A stretch of DNA of 64,000 bases. It comes from Candidatus Terraquivivens tengchongensis (lineage in GTDB: Archaea; Thermoproteota; Nitrososphaeria_A; Caldarchaeales; Wolframiiraptoraceae). The number at the start of each line of letters is the position of its first letter. Position 1 is the first letter of the stretch. The notes beneath the pieces are model-generated. The model had not been told where the DNA came from. It worked only from the letters and a program-made list of their open reading frames with translations, and did no database searches. A program made the position numbers and the translations under genes. The stretch covers positions 19,113-83,112 of the forward strand of contig JALNJZ010000006.1 in assembly GCA_023261845.1 (NCBI GenBank), given 5' to 3'. Below are positions 36,785 through 46,095 of the stretch, piece by piece.

Positions 36785-36911
36785 ATCTATAGCGTGTAGC
36801 GACATTAAAGTAAAACAGAAATGTTCTGTTAGTTGCATCTAAGCGAAAGATAGATTCCGCGATGGGTTTAGTTGATTTTAAGGTTCTTGAGGAGAGGCTA
36901 CCACTTTTGAC

Positions 36912-37968
36912 TTAAAAGTTGTAGTTTTTCGAGTGTTTTTGCTGGTTTAGGTTTGGAGAGAAGCCTAAATCTTGCTTGAAAATAAACTTGGATTTTTGGT
37001 TGTTTAAAAGAGGTGTTAAAATCCCCAATTTTGGTATACATGCCAAATATGTTTTTCTTAGTTCTTCTTTGTCTATGTGGTGGTATATGTCTATGGCTTC
37101 CCTGCGCCGGTCGCCTCTAAGCTCCTTCACGTATTCGCGGGGCATGTCGTTCCGTAAAAGCCAGGTTGTGAACCAGTGCCTGAAACAGTGGGGGCCGAAG
37201 TGGTCTTCTAGGCGGGGTGAGTTTGGGTTGTGGAAGCCAAGGCGCTTCGCGTATTTGACTATGGCTGTGTATAGGCCGTTTCTATCCAGCCTCCCAAGGC
37301 TTTGGTAACTTATGAAAAGCGCCTTTGTAGGCGGGTTCAGTTTCTCCCTAACCCTAAGCCACCTTTTAAGCGCGGCTGCGCATTCCTCATCAAAGAAAAC
37401 CGTGCGGTTGCTTCTTTTAGGCGTGGGCTTAAGCGTAATGGAATACTCAGCCCAATTTATGTCCTCAACATCAAGCCTCAAAAGTTCGCCCCTTCTTATT
37501 CCAGTCTTCGCCAGTAGCACTGCTATGGCTTTGTCCCTTGGATCCAAAATGGAGTTTACCAGTCGGCTCATCTCCTCAACGCTTAAAAGCCTCCGCTCAG
37601 GATCGTCATAGCCATCCTTATAGCGCTTAAGATACCGTTTTCTGAAGGGCAGAACAATGTTGCTGGTGATGTAGCCCTCAAAGGCCAAATAATCGTAAAA
37701 GGCTGAAAGCGCAGAAAAATAATTCTCAACAGTCTTATGCTTTGCGTTCATAAACCACGTGCTGGAGAAAGTCCCTAAGCACCTTAACATCCACGTCACT
37801 TATGCTGAAACCTCGGCTTTCAAGAAATTCCATAAATATCTTCAGGCTTGAAACGTATCTTCTTATGCTTTCCTCGGTCATGCCCCTAAGCCTACAGTCT
37901 CGGCTGAAACCCTCAACCAGAACCCATGAGTTTTGAAGCGTTTTCAAGCTTAACCCGTCCACCGCCAA
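36912..37968 (-). pseudogene. int: Tyrosine recombinase/integrase (XerC/D-like) disrupted by a single-nucleotide frameshift
   Basis: N-terminal SAM-like domain in one frame (...SLKIFMEFLESRGFSISDVDVKVLRDFLQHVVYERKA*, 37735-37968). The rest is in another frame (KHKTVENYFSALSAFYDYLAFEGYI..., 36912-37799), with catalytic R (GIRRGE), HxxR (HCFRHW) and Y (IDIYHH). Removing one A/T from the run at about 37741-37743 joins them as ...VVYERKHKTVENY... Confidence 0.7.
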
Positions 37969-38522
37969 CCCCTACCCTTATACTCAACCAGCCCATAGGC
38001 TTCAAGGGCTTGAAGCTGCCTGTCAACAGCCCTAACCAAATCAACATCTGACGGATCGATGTTTAGGGCTGCCAAGATTTCCTTCTGCGTGTAAGATCCG
38101 CCCTTCCTCAACAAATCGATAAGGTCCTTGTCAAACTTTCTAACGCCCTCGAAGGTTTCCTGGAGGAAGGGCTGAGCCCTGTAACGCTTAAGCTCATTAT
38201 CCAAGTTCTCCGCCAACCTCTTCAAAAGCCTATTCTCCTCGCGTAGGCTCTTCAACTCCTCCTCGGCGCTGCGTAAACGCTTAACAAGCTCAGCACGGCT
38301 CAAGTAGCCTTCTTCACCCTCCTCACGCCGGATAGAATCCTCAACACGCTCAACAACAAACCTAGAAATCGACACGCCCGCCTTTTCCGCCCGACGCCGC
38401 CAATCCTCAACCATCTCAACAGACGGTAGATAAACATAAACCGCCCGATCCTTAATTGTACACGTCTTACCCCTATTAGGCCTCGTCACACCCACCAACA
38501 AAAATAACACACTTACGAGCAT
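37950..38522 (-). CDS. Coiled-coil plus C-terminal winged-helix protein (putative excisionase/regulator of the element); start uncertain
   Basis: Central heptad-rich region (LVKRLRSAEEELKSLREENRLLKRLAENLDNELKRY). C-terminus ILAALNIDPSDVDLVRAVDRQLQALEAYGLVEYKGRGWRW is wHTH-like. It lies between the integrase and the tRNA. Confidence 0.45.
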   Translation of the reverse strand: MLVSVLFLLVGVTRPNRGKTCTIKDRAVYVYLPSVEMVEDWRRRAEKAGVSISRFVVERVEDSIRREEGEEGYLSRAELVKRLRSAEEELKSLREENRLLKRLAENLDNELKRYRAQPFLQETFEGVRKFDKDLIDLLRKGGSYTQKEILAALNIDPSDVDLVRAVDRQLQALEAYGLVEYKGRGWRWTG

Positions 38523-38544
38523 TTATAATTTACCAGCAAATTAG

Positions 38545-38561
38545 TGCGGGGGGTGGGATTT
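38545..38561. repeat. Proximal att repeat, part of the tRNA-Leu 3' end
   Basis: TGCGGGGGGTGGGATTT. Its partner is at 27146-27161. Confidence 0.6.
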
Positions 38562-38646
38562 GAACCCACGAACCCCTACGGGACAGGGTCTCCCATCATA
38601 AAGGAATCTGAGCCCTGCGCCGTTGACCAGGCTTGGCAACCCCCGC
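38545..38646 (-). tRNA. tRNA-Leu(CAG) with 17-nt intron at 37/38 and long variable arm
   Basis: Folded by hand. Acceptor GCGGGGG/CCCCCGC with discriminator A. 3-bp D-stem GCC/GGC. Anticodon stem CAGGG/CCCTG. Loop CTCAGA[intron TTCCTTTATGATGGGAG]A. Variable arm TCCCGTAGGGGTTC. T-arm GTGGG-TTCAAAT-CCCAC. Confidence 0.8.
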
Positions 38647-38693
38647 TCCCGATCTATTCTAGCTCATCAAAATTATGAGATCATCCCGTACTT

Positions 38694-39122
38694 TTACTTT
38701 AGCGTTTCTAAGGGAGCGTAGACATCTAGCTCGAATTCCGACAGGTGAGCTTTTCCGGAATCGGTCATGACCATGTGGTAGGTTGACTTTGGGGGTAGCT
38801 TTCTCTTTTTTAGACCGGCTTCCCTCACGATATCCTTAGAAACGGGCAGTCCGAGCTGGCCTGGTTCTACAACTATTAGCGGTGAGTCGTAGTCGAAGAA
38901 CGATACGGGAACTCTGCTGTATCCAAGCCCTTTCAGTATGTTGTAGCGGTGGTGTCCGTCCAAGATTACCATGGTTTTGTAATCTACCGCCAAAGATTTC
39001 TTAAGGTACCCATCGCGGAGTATCTCTGCTTTCAGCTCCTCTAAGTGCACTGGGTCTATCTCCTCATGCTCGATAAGCTCGTCTATCCTTACAACCTTCA
39101 CCTGCAAGGGCCGCAGCATCAT
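38694..39122 (-). CDS. ParB/Srx-like nuclease-domain protein
   Basis: 142 aa. ILDGHHRYNILKGLGY matches the ParB-like DGHHR motif. Confidence 0.5.
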   Translation of the reverse strand: MMLRPLQVKVVRIDELIEHEEIDPVHLEELKAEILRDGYLKKSLAVDYKTMVILDGHHRYNILKGLGYSRVPVSFFDYDSPLIVVEPGQLGLPVSKDIVREAGLKKRKLPPKSTYHMVMTDSGKAHLSEFELDVYAPLETLK

Positions 39123-39261
39123 TATCTACGGGGCAAAACATCACTTCTATTAATCTGTTTTCTCGAAAAATGCATTTAAGACACCTTATGCTTAAAAACC
39201 CCAACCGACTACCGTTCTCGCAAGCTAATGTAGTCAGTATAGACTGAGAGGTCGTTATGGT

Positions 39262-39804
39262 TTGAAGAGTAGGACAAGGTCTTTAGCCGTTTCGTCCATT
39301 CTGGCATCTCTTTACGCAGTCTTAGTAGTAACACTTGCGCCCTTCAGCTTCTTACCTTTTCAGGTAAGGGTTGCCGACGCTCTTCTTCCACTTTCTATAG
39401 TATTCGGAATTCCAGCAGCCTATGGCCTATCCATAGGCTGTGCGGTCGCCAATTACGCCGGTGGTCTAATGCTTTTTGGTGGCGCATCCATAATAGACGT
39501 GACCGGTGGCGCTATAGCCAACTTTCTCGCATGCTATCTCGCATGGCTCATAGGAAGGCAGGGTGGCGTAAAGAGGAGGTTTGTCGCAAGCCTCGTCCAG
39601 ACGGCAGTCATTACATTAATTGTTGGAAGCTATCTCTGGGTTTTAGTCGGCATGCCCGGCACTTATGATATCTTCGGCCTCGAACTGCCTGGTCTATTTG
39701 CCGTTATCGTGGGTGTGGCCATAGGTTCTGTGATAGCTATAAACGTCCTAGGATTCGCGCTGGAGGAGGCTGTTAGAAGGACGCTATACGTAACGGATAA
39801 GTAA
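39262..39804 (+). CDS. QueT/ECF-S-component-like small membrane transporter protein
   Basis: 180 aa with five or six TM helices. RVADALLPLS and Gly-rich helices resemble the QueT family. Confidence 0.4.
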   Translation: MKSRTRSLAVSSILASLYAVLVVTLAPFSFLPFQVRVADALLPLSIVFGIPAAYGLSIGCAVANYAGGLMLFGGASIIDVTGGAIANFLACYLAWLIGRQGGVKRRFVASLVQTAVITLIVGSYLWVLVGMPGTYDIFGLELPGLFAVIVGVAIGSVIAINVLGFALEEAVRRTLYVTDK

Positions 39805-39828
39805 GGACGATGCTTTGAGGGTTTTGGT

Positions 39829-40656
39829 ATGAGCGGTAGCGTGACCGTCGCTTTTCAGGGTGAACTTGGTGCTTACAGCCATATAGCCGCCTTGAAGTTC
39901 TTCGGGTCGATAGACGCCTTACCCCAGAAGACGATAGCAGACGTTTTCGAGGTCGTTGAGGCATCCGGTGCTAGATACGGCGTTGTACCATTCGAGAATT
40001 CGCTGGAGGGTAGTGTGAACGAGACCTACGATATGCTTCTTGAGACCAACCTGCATGTCGTAGGCGAGGTGAAGTTGAGAATAATTCACTGCTTGATAGC
40101 CAGCCCGGACACCACAACATCCGAAATAAAACGCGTTTACTCACACCCTCAGGCGCTCGCCCAGTGTAGGTCTTACATTAGGGCCATGGGCTGGGAAACC
40201 GTTCCATACTACGATACTGCCGGAAGCGTAAAGATGCTAAAAGAATTGAACATTAAAGACGCTGCGGCAATCGCAAGCGAGCTAGCCGCCGAGACATATG
40301 GGATGAAAGTTCTTCAAAAGGGCATAGAGGACTTTGCTGCGAATTACACGAGGTTCTTAGTGATTGGTAGGGATCGAGTTCCAAGAACTGGCAGGGATAA
40401 AACTTCGATAATTTTCACGACGAAACACGTACCTGGCGCACTTTACATGGTTCTCGAAGAATTTGCAAAAAGGAACATTAACTTGACCATGCTTGTGTCG
40501 AGGCCGACGAAGAGGACGCCTTGGGAGTACAATTTCTACGTAGACTTCGAGGGGCACGTTTCGGATGAACCCATAAGGCGCTGTCTGGAGGCGCTAAAGG
40601 ATAGGACGGTATTCCTAAAAGTTTTGGGCTCATATCCAGCGGCGACCGATGCATAA
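39829..40656 (+). CDS. pheA: Prephenate dehydratase with C-terminal ACT domain
   Basis: VAFQGELGAYSHIAAL, the TRF block (TRFLVIGRD), and ACT domain PGALYMVLEEFAKRNINLTMLVSRP. Confidence 0.85.
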   Translation: MSGSVTVAFQGELGAYSHIAALKFFGSIDALPQKTIADVFEVVEASGARYGVVPFENSLEGSVNETYDMLLETNLHVVGEVKLRIIHCLIASPDTTTSEIKRVYSHPQALAQCRSYIRAMGWETVPYYDTAGSVKMLKELNIKDAAAIASELAAETYGMKVLQKGIEDFAANYTRFLVIGRDRVPRTGRDKTSIIFTTKHVPGALYMVLEEFAKRNINLTMLVSRPTKRTPWEYNFYVDFEGHVSDEPIRRCLEALKDRTVFLKVLGSYPAATDA

Positions 40657-40696
40657 TTGCTCCGTTAATCTTTTTAAGTAAACCCGAAGGCTTAGG

Positions 40697-41188
40697 TTGT
40701 CGATGGTCAAGGTCGTTGTCCTCTCCGACACGCATACGTCTAGTTTGAATTCATTTCCAAGCAAGGTTTTAGATGAGATTGCCGATGCAGATTGGGTAGT
40801 TCATGCTGGAGACTTCACGGAGGTCAGCCTCGTTAACGAACTAAAAGCCTACGGTAACTTTAAGGGCGTTCGTGGGAATATGGATTCACCGTCAGTGAAG
40901 GCTTTGCTTCCGGAGATAGAACTACTAGAAGTCGGCGGTTTCATCATAGGCATATGTCACCCTGCCGAGGGTGGGCCACCATTAAGAATTGAGGATAGAA
41001 TAAGGAAAAAGTTCGATAAGGTTGACGTCATAGTCTACGGCCATACCCATAAACCAAAAAATGAGGTCCGGGACAACATCCTGTACCTCAACCCAGGTAG
41101 CGCAACAGGTGCTTGGCCCGCTGCCCGCGCATCCTATGGCGTACTAGAGATTGAGGACACCGTTAGGGCCAGGATAGTCCAACTATAA
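40697..41188 (+). CDS. Metallophosphoesterase (YfcE/MJ0936 family)
   Basis: VVVLSDTH, VHAGD, GNMD, VYGHTH and NPGS motifs. Confidence 0.75.
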   Translation: MSMVKVVVLSDTHTSSLNSFPSKVLDEIADADWVVHAGDFTEVSLVNELKAYGNFKGVRGNMDSPSVKALLPEIELLEVGGFIIGICHPAEGGPPLRIEDRIRKKFDKVDVIVYGHTHKPKNEVRDNILYLNPGSATGAWPAARASYGVLEIEDTVRARIVQL

Positions 41189-41223
41189 ACGCTTTTGAAC
41201 ATCTATAACAACTATATTTTGGA

Positions 41224-41682
41224 ATGGCTGTCTGGTACTTCGCTTACGGTGCCGACCTCAACAAGGATTTGATGAGAAAAAGAGTCGGTGAGTGGAAGGA
41301 CTGTAAGAGGGCTACGTTGGAAGGCTATAGGCTAAGCTTCGGTGTCTTCTCAAAAAGCTGGAAAGGTGGTGCAGCTGATATAAGGGAAGAAAGCGGCTCC
41401 AGAGTTTATGGTGCGATTTATCTACTCGACGAGGAACAATTAAGAATGCTGGACAGGTACGAGGGTGTTCCGAACGTTTACCTCAGGAGGAAGGTTATCG
41501 TGAAGACGGATGACGGTGAGGTCGAGGCCGTGACCTACGTCGCCGCCAACCCGAAAGAGTTCGTTAAACCATCGGCAGAATACCTTGCGGTAATACAAAA
41601 GGGTTTAAAACAGCATGGCTACGGCGACGATGTTATAAGAAAGATTAGAAGGCTGGCTGAGGGGCTCGGGCCGAAGGCTTAA
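41224..41682 (+). CDS. Gamma-glutamylcyclotransferase (AIG2-like) family protein
   Basis: YFAYGADLN...R N-terminal block and overall size. Confidence 0.65.
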   Translation: MAVWYFAYGADLNKDLMRKRVGEWKDCKRATLEGYRLSFGVFSKSWKGGAADIREESGSRVYGAIYLLDEEQLRMLDRYEGVPNVYLRRKVIVKTDDGEVEAVTYVAANPKEFVKPSAEYLAVIQKGLKQHGYGDDVIRKIRRLAEGLGPKA

Positions 41683-41709
41683 TACAGACTCCGTCGTGTT
41701 TCGATAACG

Positions 41710-42261
41710 TTGAAGATAGCGCTCGATCTTGATGGCGTCTTAGCGGACAGCATATCCGTGTGGCTGATGATATGGAATGCGTCGAAGGGTAGCTCGTTTG
41801 CGCTCGAGGATGTGAAATGTTGGGATTTTTGGAAGGAGCTTGGAATCACATCGGGCGAGTTTCATAGAATATTCTACAAAGCGTGGAAAAATTGGAAACT
41901 GATACAACCGACGGAACCGAGCCTTGTTTCTAAGGTCATCATGCTGGAAGAGCTAGGCAGGGTTGATATCGTGACCTCAAGACCGAAGAACACCAGAACG
42001 TACGTCTTAAAGTGGTTAGAAAGGTATGGGTTTGGTAACAAGAACATAGTCTTCGTTAAGAGCAATAAATCAGAACTCGACTACGACGTTTACATAGACG
42101 ACTCCCCGATAAACGCTGAGGAGATCGCGTCTGCAGGAAAGTACGTAGCATTATACGACAGACCTTGGAATAGAGACGTGAAGGACACCGATAGGATAAA
42201 GCGCGTCATGAACCTGGAAGGGGCGTACTTATTCATAAAGGGACATATATTAGGACGTTGA
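41710..42261 (+). CDS. HAD-like 5'(3')-deoxyribonucleotidase-type hydrolase (TTG start)
   Basis: IALDLDGVLAD (DxDGV), then the IVTSRP and YIDDS motifs. Confidence 0.55.
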   Translation: MKIALDLDGVLADSISVWLMIWNASKGSSFALEDVKCWDFWKELGITSGEFHRIFYKAWKNWKLIQPTEPSLVSKVIMLEELGRVDIVTSRPKNTRTYVLKWLERYGFGNKNIVFVKSNKSELDYDVYIDDSPINAEEIASAGKYVALYDRPWNRDVKDTDRIKRVMNLEGAYLFIKGHILGR

Positions 42262-42280
42262 GACTCCACGCTAAAAGATT

Positions 42281-43696
42281 TTACGAGCCCCAATCGGTGT
42301 GGAACGTTCCCGGCTTGTCAATCCTCTCGTAGCCATGCGCACCGAAGCGATCCCTCAAAGCCTGTATGAGGTTTGCCGGCAGACGCTCACGCCTAAAGCT
42401 ATCGAAGTAGTCCAAAGCAGAGGCTATTGCAGGACAAGGAATGCCGCTAAGCTTTGCCGTGCTTATCAACGACCTCCATTCCACCTGTCTCTCACACAGT
42501 TCTTTTGCGTAAGCGCTATCGAGTAGGAGATTCGTCAGGTCCGGTCTTCTGGAGTAAACGTCCATTATCATGTTGAGTAGCCTCGCCCTTATGATGCATC
42601 CACCCCTCCATATCCTGGCCACCTCCCTGAGCTTCGTGGCATAGCCGAATTCCTTTGATGCCATAGATATGAGGGACATCCCTTGAGCAAATGCTATGAG
42701 CATCGTGCAATACAAAGATGACTTCGCCTCACTTATAAGAGATGGCTTGTCCACATGCCTCACATTCGTTGTACATGTTATGGTCTTCGATGCGGCAACC
42801 CTTTCTTCTTTCAACGCGGATACATTTCTCGCAGAGACTGCGGCATCGATTGTTGGCACAGGTACACCCAAGTCCATCGCCGTCTGCGACGTCCACTTCC
42901 CAGTCCCCTTCTGGCCTGCCTTATCCAGTATTAACTCAACGAGTGGTCTTTTGGTCTCTTCATCGATCTTTGCCAAAACCTCAGAGGCTATCTCCAAGAG
43001 GAAGGAGTTTAGCTCACCCGCGTTCCACTCGGCAAATATCCTCGAAACTGCCGGAGCACCTAGTCCGAGTAGCACTGTGAAGATATCGTAGACTTCTGCT
43101 ATAGCCTGCATTATTGCATACTCAATACCGTTGTGTACCATCTTTACAAAGTGACCAGCACCACCAGACCCCATGTAGCCGTAGCACACATCGTCCTCAA
43201 TCTTTGCGGCAATCTTTACAAATACAGGCCTCATGATTTCTTCGGCCTCCGGCGGCCCACCGGCCATTATGCAGGGTCCCTTCAGCGCACCCTCCTCGCC
43301 GCCGCTTATCCCGACACCCATGAAGTGTATGCTATGTTCTTCTAGCATCTTCATCCTTCTTTCCGTATCCTTGAAGTGCGAGTTACCGCCATCTACAACT
43401 ACGTCCCCCGACTCAAGATACACCAGCAACTGGTTGAGAAATTCGTCAACAGCCTCACCGGCTTTGACCATTAGCATTATCCTGCGAGGTTTATCGAGGG
43501 ACTTGACAAAGTCTTCCATGGAAAAGTGCGCAGATATGTTTTTCCCTTTTGCCCTATGCTCTATGAATGCTTTAGTCCTATCCGCGGTCCTGTTATAAAC
43601 GGATACAACGAACCCTTTGTCCTCGATGTTAAGGGCAAGGTTAGCACCCATCGTCGCAAGTCCTATAAGCCCTATGTCCGACTTCCGCATAACCAT
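42281..43696 (-). CDS. gnd: 6-phosphogluconate dehydrogenase, decarboxylating
   Basis: IGLIGLATMGANLALN Rossmann block. GGNSHFKDTERR. C-terminal Gnd domain (HAGHFVKMVHNGIEY). Confidence 0.85.
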   Translation of the reverse strand: MVMRKSDIGLIGLATMGANLALNIEDKGFVVSVYNRTADRTKAFIEHRAKGKNISAHFSMEDFVKSLDKPRRIMLMVKAGEAVDEFLNQLLVYLESGDVVVDGGNSHFKDTERRMKMLEEHSIHFMGVGISGGEEGALKGPCIMAGGPPEAEEIMRPVFVKIAAKIEDDVCYGYMGSGGAGHFVKMVHNGIEYAIMQAIAEVYDIFTVLLGLGAPAVSRIFAEWNAGELNSFLLEIASEVLAKIDEETKRPLVELILDKAGQKGTGKWTSQTAMDLGVPVPTIDAAVSARNVSALKEERVAASKTITCTTNVRHVDKPSLISEAKSSLYCTMLIAFAQGMSLISMASKEFGYATKLREVARIWRGGCIIRARLLNMIMDVYSRRPDLTNLLLDSAYAKELCERQVEWRSLISTAKLSGIPCPAIASALDYFDSFRRERLPANLIQALRDRFGAHGYERIDKPGTFHTDWGS

Positions 43697-43795
43697 ATTT
43701 GTTCGTCAAGGTAACAAAAAAGCTTATCGTATAACAGATCGATGGGTTAACGTAAAAACTATAATTCTGACCTTTCTTCATAAATTTCGAGAAAC

Positions 43796-44953
43796 ATGTC
43801 CCAAACCGTCAGCAGCTTAGGTTACATCAATCGGATATTCCAAAACATAGAGCTTGTTGATGCAGCTCAGCAGGAGAATTTCTATTACAGCCTTGTGAAG
43901 AGTGGTGTGATAATTCCATCAGCCGAAGGCAGGTCCAAGGGTGCGTTGAGCATAGTGTGCAGCGAAATGGCCAAGATGAGGAAAGGAAAGATAATCGTGG
44001 ATAGAAGCGATCTTGGTTTTCCAGGCAGGAGCATTTCTGAAGCGGCACCGATCCTGAAACACAGATACGGTTACGTAAGCCTGTTAATAAACAGCGGCAG
44101 CGGTAAATCACTCATGCCCCTTATAGATGCCCAGAGCATGGCCCTTTATATAGAAAAGACAGGTGACGTCAAAAACTTCAGCATAGACGTCATGACTTCA
44201 GATGCCAACTCACCAATTGGGAAGCTCGGTGAAAAGTATGGAAACATACTCATAATTAAGGGACGGGAGGAGAACAAGCGGGCGGAAGGTGAGACAAGGG
44301 AGTTTCAAACTTACGGTATACTGGAAGACGTGTTCATTTTGAGTAGCATGGTAGTGCTTTATGCTATGGCAGAGGCCATGAACGACGATAAGCCAGCTGA
44401 GAAGATACAGGACTACATACGTCCACTTTCAGTGGAGATAGGCAACATGGTGGATGACATTATTAAATCAAAATTCTTTGAATTTCTGTTAGATAATTTA
44501 GAAGAGAGGAAAGCCTGCTTCTTTGCTGGTCTTGGTAGCGGTCAGGAAGTCGCTAGGATGACTGCCGTGAGGGTTGGACACGTGAAGAGGGCGATAGGTG
44601 ACCATGTATATGTTGCAGGCGAGTCAAGCACACCCGCTCCGAGAGCTGGCGATATTTTGGTGGTTATTTCTCAAAGCGGTGAGACTGAGATAGTCTTGAG
44701 TTGGTGCAAGAACTTCAAGAGGTTGGGCGGCAAGCTCGCCGCCATAGTTGGGACACCTGGTTCGACGCTCCAGTCAATTGCTGACGAATCTTACGTAATA
44801 AAGAGCGAAAGGGTTCCCGGCAAACCTAGCGACTTTTACGTTAAGGCTGCGTTCGCGTTAAGCCCCTTACCCATATACTTAGTTAGCCGTATCGAGGGGC
44901 GCGGTCTAAGGCTGCCTGAATATATACTAAGATGGTATCATTCGGTAATGTGA
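43796..44953 (+). CDS. Double SIS-domain sugar-phosphate isomerase-like protein
   Basis: Second half FFAGLGSGQEVARMTAVRV...VVISQSGETE is SIS. The first half is a degenerate SIS (LLINSGSGKS). Confidence 0.5.
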   Translation: MSQTVSSLGYINRIFQNIELVDAAQQENFYYSLVKSGVIIPSAEGRSKGALSIVCSEMAKMRKGKIIVDRSDLGFPGRSISEAAPILKHRYGYVSLLINSGSGKSLMPLIDAQSMALYIEKTGDVKNFSIDVMTSDANSPIGKLGEKYGNILIIKGREENKRAEGETREFQTYGILEDVFILSSMVVLYAMAEAMNDDKPAEKIQDYIRPLSVEIGNMVDDIIKSKFFEFLLDNLEERKACFFAGLGSGQEVARMTAVRVGHVKRAIGDHVYVAGESSTPAPRAGDILVVISQSGETEIVLSWCKNFKRLGGKLAAIVGTPGSTLQSIADESYVIKSERVPGKPSDFYVKAAFALSPLPIYLVSRIEGRGLRLPEYILRWYHSVM

Positions 44954-44954
44954 A

Positions 44955-45989
44955 CTACTCTACGACTTTTCTTATAGGTTTATCCAACATTTCGTGAAAC
45001 TCCCTCATCCAAGGTAGCACGTCCCTTCCAAGAATGCTGATGAACTTTTCCTCGTCCGGGCTGGCACTGTGTATGTAGACTATGTCAAGCCTCAGCTTAA
45101 GGAATTCCGCAAGCTCCTTGAATATGTCGTCTGAGTCCGTCGTTATGAGCCACGTTCTTTTAATTTTTTCTACCTCCTCCGGACCGACGTTGGCCTCCAA
45201 CTCTCTCGGGTCATAAATCTTTTCCCGTTTCTCCCTCGGTATGGCTGTTGATGCCCAGAAGAGCGCAGAGTTTAGTGCCCTATCGTAATCCACGTCGTAT
45301 GAAACCTTGAACTCCATGGACTTTACGAGTTTTGACGGGTCCCTTCCTGCTTCTATTGCGGCCTTCTCCATAGCACGAACTATCTCGTAATATTTTTCAA
45401 GACCCCTAGGATTTATCAGCATACCATCGCAAAGCCTTCCGGCGATCTTCGCAACCCTTGGACATGCTGATGCTACATAGATCGGTATCTTCATCTTTGG
45501 CTTCGTGTAAAGTTTCGCATTCCTCAGCCTGTAGTACTTTCCCTCAAAATTTACAAAATCGCCTTTCCAGAGCTCTAGTATTATCTTGATAGCTTCCTCA
45601 AGCCTTCCGACTTTTTCCTCAAAGTTTGGCCATTCAAACCCTAAAGGCTTCTCGTTCATCGCATGACCCGTACCGACCGTCAGGAACACCCTTCCAGGAT
45701 ACATGCAATCCAACGTTGCAAAAGCCTGGGCCACGATTGCCGGATGATACCTGAACATTGGCGTAGTTACAGCAGTACCTACTTGAACCCTTTTCGTCCT
45801 TTCTGCCGCCGCTGCTAGCCAGACCCACGGAAAACCCGATTGTCCGCCAGTGTCACGCCATGGATGAAAGTGGTCGCTTGTGGCTATTATATCAAAACCC
45901 GCGACCTCTGCTCTGACTGCAAAGTCCAGCAAACGGACTGGGTCATATTGCTCTTGCGCTGCCCAATAACCTAGCCTAAGAGTCTTCAT
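44955..45989 (-). CDS. LLM-class (luciferase-like) F420-dependent oxidoreductase, G6PD(FGD)-like
   Basis: LGYWAAQEQYDP...ATSDHFHPW...VGTAVTTP...LTVGTGHAMNE is collinear with the F420-dependent glucose-6-phosphate dehydrogenase family. Confidence 0.65.
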   Translation of the reverse strand: MKTLRLGYWAAQEQYDPVRLLDFAVRAEVAGFDIIATSDHFHPWRDTGGQSGFPWVWLAAAAERTKRVQVGTAVTTPMFRYHPAIVAQAFATLDCMYPGRVFLTVGTGHAMNEKPLGFEWPNFEEKVGRLEEAIKIILELWKGDFVNFEGKYYRLRNAKLYTKPKMKIPIYVASACPRVAKIAGRLCDGMLINPRGLEKYYEIVRAMEKAAIEAGRDPSKLVKSMEFKVSYDVDYDRALNSALFWASTAIPREKREKIYDPRELEANVGPEEVEKIKRTWLITTDSDDIFKELAEFLKLRLDIVYIHSASPDEEKFISILGRDVLPWMREFHEMLDKPIRKVVE

Positions 45990-46095
45990 ATCTACCTTAC
46001 CGTAAGCAAGTCAGAGTTATTTAGCCTTACCTTATAAATTGGGTCAAAATTTAATATTTTACCAAAAGACACGCTAACTGGATCAGGTCGGGTCC

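Larger units (their letters stand above)
27146..38561. mobile_element. About 11.4-kb integrated element (defence island) inserted at the 3' end of tRNA-Leu(CAG)
   Basis: Flanking direct repeats. Tyrosine integrase adjacent to the tRNA. Compositionally deviant co-oriented cargo genes. Confidence 0.65.
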
